Part shown: piece after piece, positions 55,284 through 64,000 of the stretch
Numbering within the stretch: the stretch's first letter is position 1
Layout: every line of letters starts with the position of its first letter
From: Callorhinchus milii
Lineage: Eukaryota
NCBI RefSeq assembly: GCF_018977255.1
Contig: NW_024704742.1
Location: forward strand, 63,366,001-63,430,000
Direction of reading: 5' to 3'
Length of the DNA: 64,000 nt
Translations under genes and position numbers: made by a program
The notes under the pieces: generated by a model
Told to the model about the DNA's origin: nothing
The model's input: the letters and a program-made list of their open reading frames with translations, nothing else
The model's database searches: none

Positions 55284-55350
55284 ATGAATTATTCCAGATT
55301 CATCAACGTAATAAGTGCAGCAAGGTTACCATCTCCAATAAGAGAACTGT
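55284..55350 (+). CDS. aadat: First coding exon of kynurenine/alpha-aminoadipate aminotransferase (KAT II)
   Basis: Acceptor ttctttattgcag ends at 55278, ATG at 55284, 67 coding nt give MNYSRFINVISAARLPSPIREL, then donor gtaagt at 55351. Closely matches the human AADAT N-terminus [22 protein letters not shown] (from memory). The next exon (SLAGGxPNP motif) is not seen in the window. Confidence 0.9.
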
Positions 55351-55879
55351 GTAAGTAACAGCACAAATCTTCAATGTGAATAAAACCTGATTAAAATAAT
55401 GCTGTTTATGAATTAAGATACGGAAGTACCTGTAATCCCCATCTGTCTTTTAATAATCCTTGCATTTGATATAGCGCTTTTCACGTCGGGAGGACGTCCC
55501 AAAGCGCTTCACAGAATACACTGTAAAGTGAATTGACTGTATATTTGTGGGCGAACGCGGCAGCAAATTGCGCACAGCAATGTCCCACAAACAGTCGTGG
55601 ATTGAAAATGACCAATTTATTATTGTTTTTGTTTTATAAGTGTACAACAGTGCCAACCTGATTCAGTTGGTTCTGAAGGCTCTGGGTTGATACTGTACAC
55701 CAGACTTTGAAATCCCATTGTGTAGGCTGACACTCTGGTGCACTGCTTTGGGCATGCTGCATTGCATATCGCCCCCAAAATACACAGTCAGTTCTCTTTA
55801 CAATGTATTCTGTGAAGCACTTTGAGACGTCTCAATGACGTGATAAGGCGCTATATCAAATGTAAGGATTATTATTGTT

Positions 55880-56100
55880 TGATATGTTGTCCTTCACATA
55901 AGATGTTAAACCGAGGTCCTGTCAGCCTGTTCAGGTGGACGTTAAAGATCCCATGTCACTGTTTGAAATGAGAAGGGCATCTTTCACAATGTCATGGACC
56001 AAGTTTTTAAAAAATGGTAATCCATTTCATGGCTGTTTCTCGGACATTACCGTGTGCAAATTGGCTGCCGCATTCGCCTACTAATAGACAGTCACTACAC
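55880..56100 (+). mobile_element. Deu-domain SINE relic; others at ~6400-6625(-), 8030-8280(-), 24830-25165(-), 30500-30815(-), 35430-35670(+), 47050-47420(-)
   Basis: gttaaaccgaggtcctgtc...ggacgttaaagatcccatg resembles the Deu domain of AmnSINE1/SacSINE1 (recalled, not aligned). Confidence 0.7.
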
Positions 56101-56762
56101 CTCACAGTAAAATCAGAAAACTTTTGCCCTGCCGGGAATCAAACCCAGGTCTCTCACTTGCCAGGTGAGTGCTCTAACGCTGAGCTACAGGACTTCAATG
56201 AAGTAAAAGTTTCAGTTAGTGTGTTAAATTGTTTACATCAGGATTAAAAGGTTTGGAAGCAAGACAACTTTTTGTCATTGTTCGGTTTACTTTCTTGGGG
56301 TCTTGACTGACATGTTTATTTGCGCCATCTCTAACCTTGATTGGTGATGTACCTCAGAGTGTCTCCTTTATGTCTCGGAGGTTCCCGCCTGTCACTGATG
56401 TTTATGAGGGTTAGGGTTGAGGGTGGCAGAGAGAGTTGGGTGTCGTCCGCTAGTATATGAAAATGAACCTCACGCCTGGAGATAATACTACCAAGTGGGA
56501 ACATGTAGCTGTTAATCCCACCTGCTATGTTGTTGCTATCTTTTTGCCGTCGGATGAGTGTTTCATGTTTTAGTTTGGTATTTTTACTTTAGGTGTGGTA
56601 CAGCAAAAGCTCTTTGGTTCAACTACATAAGCCCTTTTTGGCTTAACCAAAGTTAACCCTTTAATACAGCTTGAACTGAACTGTAAACAGCCACTGTTTT
56701 TCCTTACAGGTATAAGAGCCACAATGTCTGCGTTTGCTAATAATATGAAAATAGGGCATGTA

Positions 56763-58612
56763 ACAACAACAACGTGAATTTATCTAGCGCCCTCCACGCC
56801 GGACGGCGTCTCAGAGCGCTTTACAGAAACGGATCCCGGGGCCGAGCCAGGGGGAGGGGGAGGAAGGTGACCAAAAGTGCGGTCGAAAAGAAAGGTCTTC
56901 AGCAGAGACCTGAAAATAGGGAGGGAGTGAGACGAAGGCAGTGAGGAAGGCAGTTCCAAGCAAGGGGAGTGAGGAAGGGAATTCCAGAGCCTCGGGGCAT
57001 AGTGGCTGAAGGCACGGCCGCCGATGGTGGAGCGGAGGATTCAGGGGACAAGGAGGAGGCCAGACCCAGAGGAACAAAGGCAACGAGTACTGTTTTGAGG
57101 AGAGAGGAGGTCAGAGAGGTAGGGGGTGCAGAGGGGTGCAGGGACTTGAATACGAGGGTGAGGATCTTGAAGTCGATCCTCTCTGGGATAGGCAGCCAGT
57201 GCAGTCTGGCACGGACTGGGGTGATCGGGGAGCAGAGTTTTGTGCGGGTGAGAATGTGGGCGGCAGAGTTTTGAATGGTTTTGATTTTATGGATAGTAGT
57301 GGATGGGAGACCGACGAGGAGGGCGTTAGAGTAGTCCAGCCAAGAGATGACAAAGGCATGGACCAGGGTTTCAGCGTCTTTTGGGGAGAGGTATTGGTGG
57401 AGATGGGTTGATGCGTCGGAGGTGGAAGAAAGCAGTGCTGGTGAGGGACCGGATGTGGGGGAGGAAGGATAATTGGGGGTTGAACCTGATGCCAAGGTTG
57501 CGTATGGGATCATAGAGTTTTAGAGGGAGGTCGGGTAGGTGGAGGAGGTGAGATCCGTGAGATTTTAGATGTTGACGGGAGCCAAAGAGTATGGCTTCCG
57601 TCTTGTCAACATTCAGCTGAGGAAGTTTGCGCTCATCCAGCCCCTGAGATCTGACAGGCAGGCTGACAGAACATCAGGGGACTGGGGGTCGCAAAGAGAG
57701 GTGGAAAAGTAGAGTTGAGTGTCATCTGCATACATGTGGAAATGTACCCCATGTCTGCGGATGACGTCCCCAAGAGGGAGCATATAGATCAGAAAGAGGA
57801 GGGGCCCAAGGATGGATCCTTGGGGTACCCCGCAGGTAACCGGGTGAGAGCGGGAGGAGAAGCCGTTTGTTTATTTATTTGAGAGGAACGGACATTTTGA
57901 AGGGAAATGAGGTGGGTTTGCTGGAGGGGGTGGAGGGAGGAGACAGTGGTGCGGAGAGGATTTTGGGTTGTACAGGAGAGATGGTTGTGGAGAGTGGTGT
58001 GAGTGGAGAGTTGGGGAGGGTATGTATGAGGGAGGGGGAAGTTGGGTTTGCCTTAAGGAGACGGTTTGAGCGGAGGGAGTGAATGATTGGACACGTGGGG
58101 TTGCTGCTCTGGGACAACCAGTGCCGGGAGCCATGATGGGCCCGGCAGAGGATGCCCAGGCTGGAGTAGAGGGAAGTGGTGATGGAGTCGAGGAGAGAGA
58201 GAAGGCGGGGAGGGCGGTGGGAGACAAGGACAGAGGGGCAGTAGCGGATTGAGGGGGGTGGGAGGAGAGACATAGAGGGGAGTGGGAGGAGAGACATTTA
58301 TAGTGGAGGGGGAGGCTGGGGTCGGGGCGGCAGCCAAAACGCATACGCAGAGACTGGGAGCGAGTGATCAGCGGAACGGCATCAGCCCTCAGGCTCAGCC
58401 TCCCAGGTCATGGCCGGGATGGCAGTGTTTAATTTTTTTTTTAACTATGACGTCACGCCGCCGTCACTTTGTGAATCGCGCCACCACATCACTTACCTCC
58501 CCCCGCGCTCTCCTACCTCCACTCCCGATTGAGTGGCTCCTCACCTGGCTGTGCTTTTATACACAGCCATGCCTCAGCTCCGCCTCGCGCTCTCCTACCT
58601 CTGCTCCCGATT
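56763..58612 (-). mobile_element. L2 LINE with retained 5' end and a large internal deletion
   Basis: (TTG)n tail at 56763; RT motifs GVPQGSILGP and MYADDTQ near 57700-57870; endonuclease-start-like NVRS(L)SNK near 57875-57897; TSD CATGTA at 56757-56762 and 58613-58618; the flanks rejoin into a CR1 RT fragment. Confidence 0.85.
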
Positions 58613-58832
58613 CATGTAGTTAACAGTGAAGAAGAGTGGAAGTAATCGGGGGATAATGTAGACCGACTAGGTTTGTCAGTACGTCTTGGAGGAGCAGATT
58701 GGCAGATGGCGCCAGGGATTCTTCCCACTTGACTCCTGTTGACCCTGTAAGCCAAAGCCCTAACAGGTAGACTGGTCTTAAATGGGTCAGCAGTGAGAAG
58801 CTTGCCAGACAGTGCTCTCAATGCATGCTAAA

Positions 58833-59128
58833 ATAATAATAATCCTTGCATTTGATATAGCGCTTTTCACGTCTTCTGGACGTCTCAAGCGCTTCACAGA
58901 ATATGTTGTACAGTGAATTGACTGCGTATTTTGTGGGCGAAAAGTGGCAGCCAATTGGGCACAGCAGTGTCGTGGAGAGAAGTGACAATTTCTTACTTTT
59001 TTTTCTTGAGGGATTATTATCAAGCATGAGGAGTAGGGAAATTTGCCCAAGATTTCGCCCTGCCGGGAATCGAACCCAGGTCTCTCGCTTGCGAGGCGAG
59101 TGCTCTAACTACTGAGCTACAGGACTCC
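58833..59128 (-). mobile_element. tRNA-derived SINE
   Basis: Reverse complement with intact A and B boxes. Confidence 0.9.
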
Positions 59129-59214
59129 GCTGCTATGTGGTTTTAGCTAATTAAACTTCATAAGCACTCTGATGCACACTCTGTGATCCCCAAGCTTTGG
59201 CTCTTGCCATGCAA

Positions 59215-60446
59215 GCAGTGGTCGAAACAAAGCAAATGCTAATAATGAGGTCTCACAAATACACCAAGACCAATAAAGCAAATAAAAAACATAAAGACAC
59301 AATCATGTAAATAAAATTATGGCTTCGGCAATCACAAAAGGATACGATATGAGTAATAAAGTTCAATGCAATTAATTAATCAGATTGATAATTAATAATT
59401 AATCAGGCTGTGATTAGGAATCAACTTGTTAACGTGGTTCGATCAATGTTGATTATAGAATATCTCTTCTTAAGATCGGTTAGACTTGTCTTCTTCGTTC
59501 CCAAACTTAGATCTTTTTAGCCATGTCTGCCAAGTCAGCAGTGAGACCTTCAACAACTTGTTTTTACCATTCATTGTAGGGTTAAAAACATATCCTCCAA
59601 GGTCGGTATGCTCCTTTTGTTCTTGGCAACCTTCATGTACTGATGTTAGCAATGCGCTTGAGAGTCCATAGAATCAGTTCTATTTCAACCAAACAAGTCA
59701 TGAGCCTTTGTGATATTATTTTTGGTCAACTTAAGAGAAACCGGAATTCTGGGTTTGCAAAATGTCCAGTCCCCACCTCGAGTGGGTCAAGCTGACAACA
59801 CAGCCCACTACCACCATCAGAATCTTCACGATTCACTTTTACCTCAGCCCCACATCAATCCCTTCAACTAATATTAGCATCTGTTCCAGGAGTTCATGTT
59901 CTGAGCAACAGCAGCAGCAGTGAAATAGCTCCCAGGTCTTCTCTCGACTGTTGTGTCTTGTTTATGTTGCGCACATCGGAGAATGGTTCAATTTGTTAGG
60001 GTATTGGACTTGTTTGCAACCAAGCCTCCACCCAGAAAATAAGTTCGATCTTGACAAACCAAAATGGCAGATTTTAACAGTTTATTAAGCATACGAATAA
60101 TGTTGGTTATACAGAATTAATGCAATATAAAATAACAGAGCAATACTACCTGTCCTTCTGCAGTCTGCCCTGAAGAGGTCTCTACAGACCACCCCTTTGC
60201 CCAAGCTTATATATCTTTTTCTTTTCTTTGTCTGCCTTATTTGGGCTTGTTTCTCACTATTCCAGTGCTTAATCAGAACACTTTCTTATCTAAAAGTACA
60301 GAAAGAGAAGGCTAATCAGGGCATACAACTCCTCTTGGTTTAAACCAGTTTGTCTGGCATTTGGCGCCCTTGGAGTTAACCTCTGGTAACCTTCTGCCGA
60401 CCACTGCAGTTTGTGTTACTTGTAAAGACATATATACATTCTAACA
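59215..60446 (-). mobile_element. Putative LTR-element relic: LTR 60065-60446 plus leader
   Basis: Minus strand TG...CA ends, TATA at 60207-60213, AATAAA at 60081-60086. It interrupts a repeat that is contiguous at 41690-42100. Confidence 0.4.
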
Positions 60447-61669
60447 AAGAGGCAATTTGAATGTGTGTTTCCCTCCAGGGAGTCTTTGCATTCCATCTAA
60501 TACACAGAGAAAATTTCTATGTGTAGGTGGCATACATATATGGAAATATCAGTCTGATTTGGATACTCTTATGTATGCTGATTGCCTTCCATGTATGTCA
60601 GATACCTGTCCAACAAAAAATACTCAATTTGTACAGCGAGGTCATGGTGGGAGAATTTGTTGTTGTTTGCCAAATAAATAGCTATTGAATTCTCCTTGAA
60701 TTTCCTGGCACAGTTTGTTTCCACCACTTCTATGGCAAACCCATTCCACCTGTTCAACACTTTCTATGTAAATAAATTAAATTGTCTTATTAAATTGTCA
60801 GTAAATACAAGTTACTTCATGTTGGTAGTAAAGATAGGAGGCACACATACATACTCCATGGATAAGGTACAACTTATCAAGGGAGATGCTGAAAGGAACC
60901 TGGGGTGTTAGTTGACTCATCGCTCAATGTGTCATATAGTGTAAGGCAGCAGTGAATTAGGCAAACAGAATGCTATGTTGTATTGCCAAATTAGTTGAGT
61001 TCAAATCCCCAGAAATCACACTCCAGCTGAAAAGTGCTCTGATCAGACCTCAGAGTTGAATCTGCAGTTCTCGTCTCTGCCACAGCAGAAGACTTGTCAA
61101 GGCACTAGGATTCCACTAGATGGCAACATTCATTAAGCTCTCGAAGTCGGAATATTTATACTTTTCTCACATATAAAAATACAACAACAAAATTACATTT
61201 GTATAGCGCCTTTCACGTCGGGAGGACGTCCCTTTTATATTTTTTTTCTTTTGTCTAATTTTTAAAGTTATTTTAGTAGGGCATTCCATGTATATTCCAG
61301 ACATCTGAAATAGGCCGTGCTTACTGTATACATATCCAGTAGAAACCTGGTTTGCGGTCACCTCAGTAATCTCACAATTGTGGGTACATTTTCACAGTCT
61401 CTTTCATTGTCAGTGTTATAAGATACTCTGCCTGTCTGCTTCAGTGAACAGGACAACGGTCATTGATTGTGGCCAGTACAGTGCCCTCCTTCGCATCAAA
61501 CGGGGTACAAACATCCACCTCCGCTACTAACCTGTACAGGACAAGTGCGCTAGGCCTCAGGCTTCTCGCGCTATTTCCTGGACACTGCTATTGTGGGCGG
61601 AGTGGGCTCTGGTCGGCATTCACGGCGCGGGGAGTGTTGGGATCGCAGAAGCAGCACGAGCAGAAAATA

Positions 61670-63945
61670 ACATAACATGTAGGAGCAGGAGTAGGCCATT
61701 CGGCCCTTCGAGCCTGACCCACCATCAATCATGGCTGACCTTCTAATCTAACTCCAGCTAATAACCTGACCCTGCCTTATCCCCATATCCCTTAATCCCT
61801 TTTGCAATAAGAAATCTATCTATCTCAGTCTTGAATATGTTCAAGGACTGAGCATCAACAGCCCTTTGGGATAGTGAGTTCCATACATTCACCACCCTTT
61901 GAGCGAAGAAGTTCTTCCTCAACTCAGTGCGAAAGGGCTGACCTCTGATTTTAAGGTTGTGACTCCTGGTTTTAGTTCCTCCAACCAGGGGAAACAATCT
62001 CCCACTATCTACTCTATCATGCCCTTTGATGATCTTATAGGTTTCTATAAGATCCCCTCTAATTCTTCTATATTCTAGAGAATATAGGCCCAAATTGCTC
62101 AGCCTATCCTCGTAACTCATCCCCTTCATCCCTGGCACTAACCGAGTAAATCTACGCTGCACCCCCTCCAAGGCAAGTACATCCTTCCTTAAATGAGGAG
62201 ACCAAAACTGGACACAGTATTCCAGGTGTGGTCTCACCAGGGCCCTATACAGTTGCAGCAAGACTTCCCTACTCTTATACTCTAATCCTTTCATAATGAA
62301 TGCTAACATACCGTTCGCCTTCCTAATTGCTGCTGCACCTGCAGACTAACTTTCTGTGATTGGTGTACAAGGACACCCAAGTCCCTCTGGACGCTAACAC
62401 ATTCCAATCTCTCCCCTTCTAAAAAATAACCCGCTCTACTGTTTTTGCTACCCAGGTGGATGACTTCACACTTCCCTACATTATACTTCATCTGCCACCT
62501 ACCTGCCCAATCACCTAACCTATCTATGTCTCGCTGCATTTTTTTAATGTCGTCCTCTGTGTTGGCACTTCCTCCTAGTTTTGTGTCATCCGCGAATTTA
62601 GATATATTAACTTTGATGTCCTCATCTAGATCGTTGATGTAGATGGTAAATAGCTGAGGCCCAAGGACTGATCCTTGTGGCACTCCACTAGTCACATCCC
62701 GCCAATCCGAAAAGGACCCGTTTATCCCTACTCTTTGTTTCCTACCCGTTAACCATTCCCCAATCCACGTTAATATGCTCCCCCCAATTCCATAGGCCCT
62801 TATCTTTTGGATTAACCTTTTATGCGGCACCTTATCGAATGCCTTCTGGAAGTCCAAATAGACCACATCCACTGATTCAACCTTATCTAATTTACTCGAA
62901 ATATTCTCAAAAAACTCTGAGATTTGTCAAACATGACTTCCATGTAAAGCCATGTTGACCTAATTATATTGTGCTCCCCTAAATACCGCACTACCACATC
63001 CTTAATCAACGATTCTAAAGTTTTTCCTATCACTGATGTGAGATTAACTGGCCTATCGTTCCCCATCTTTTCCTTTCCACCTTTTTTAAATAGTGGTGTG
63101 ACATTTCCAATCTTCCAATCCATGGGGACTGTTCCAGAATCCAAGGAATTTTGGAAGATCAGACACAAGGTCTCCACTATCTCAAAAGCTACCTCTTTTA
63201 AAACCCTGAGATGCAAGCCATCTGGACCAGGGGATTTGTCACTTTTTAGTGCTAACAGTTTCCCTCGCATCAATTCTCTACTAATGAAAATTTCCCTAAG
63301 TTGCTCCCTGTCCTTATCCCCTTGGTGCATCTCTATTGTTGGCAGATTTCTAGGGTGAAGACAGATGCAAAGTACCCATTTACTGACTCTGTCATGTCCT
63401 TATCCCCGATTATAACTTCTTCTATCTCTGACCGAAGTGGACCTACATTTACCCTCACTGGCCTATTCCTCTTAATGTATTTGTAAAAACTTTTACAATC
63501 AGACTTAATGTTGCTAGCTAGCTTACCCTCATACTCCTTTTTCTCGCTCTTAATGATTTTTTTAGTTTTTTGCTGGTTTCTAAAACTCTCCCAAACTTCA
63601 GATTTGCTGCTTTTCTTGGCAGTTTTATAAACTTTTTCTTTTAATTTGATGCTTTTCCTAACTGCTCTAGTTAGCCACAGATGAATTGCTTTCCCTGTGG
63701 TACTCTTATTCCGCAAGGGAATATGCGACCGCTAAGAAATTTGCACTACATCCTTAAATATTTGCCACTATTGGTCTACATTTTTACATTTCTCCAGTCT
63801 ATTTTACCTAAATCTTTCCTCATACCTACAAAATTAGCCCAATTTAAATTCAGAATACTTGCCTCGGATTTAACTATATCCCTCTCTAACTTAATGCAGA
63901 ATTCAATCATATTGTGATCACTCTGACCTGGAGGAGTCTTAATAC
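61670..63945 (-). mobile_element. CR1-clade LINE, 3' ~2.3 kb, frameshifted ORF2
   Basis: ORFs contain KSPGPDG, VYLDFQKAFDKVPH, GVPQGSVLGP, FADDTKLGG and RPHLEYCVQFWSP; the 3' UTR lies at ~61670-61760. Confidence 0.95.
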
Positions 63946-64000
63946 CTGCACTTTTGGTATTAAATAAACTTTGGTTTATTTTACCTATATATCCCCCCCT

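Noticed and set aside
56710..56760. Possible aadat exon 2 after the acceptor tttttccttacag
   Set aside because: Translates as a degenerate CR1 RT (SAFANNMKIG, from SKFADDTKLG), not the expected SLAGGxPNP.
60362..60370. tRNA-Lys PBS (TGGCGCCC)
   Set aside because: Only 8 nt match, and it is on the strand opposite to the inferred LTR orientation.
61480..61670. CpG-rich patch as a separate promoter
   Set aside because: Short, with no clear core motifs or exon; it cannot be distinguished from a TE remnant.
1..64000. CRISPR arrays, operons or prokaryotic defence systems
   Set aside because: The sequence is vertebrate, intron-containing and retroelement-rich; no repeat-spacer array is seen.

Overview
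Repeat-dense vertebrate genomic DNA, not prokaryotic. The mix of L2 LINEs, CR1 LINEs, a tRNA-head SINE sharing the L2 3' tail, Deu-domain SINE relics and a Penelope fragment points to a cartilaginous fish, probably a chimaera (inference). One host gene is recognisable: the first coding exon of AADAT (55284-55350, +, MNYSRFINVISAARLPSPIREL). A candidate TATA promoter and non-coding first exon lie at ~53.15-53.43 kb, directly behind a 1.75-kb G-rich GC-box satellite. Most ORFs in the supplied track are L2/CR1 reverse-transcriptase fragments or satellite artefacts. The main observations are: (1) splice-site-bounded, protein-like but stop-riddled unique segments from ~1.9 to 30.4 kb that may be a decayed multi-exon gene I cannot name; (2) a TSD-bounded, internally deleted L2 that keeps its 5' end and promoter-like motifs, antisense within the AADAT intron; (3) a minimal hammerhead ribozyme motif in a Penelope fragment; (4) fold-back/template-switch scars and nested insertions. 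Repeat boundaries were read by eye and are approximate unless a TSD is quoted.
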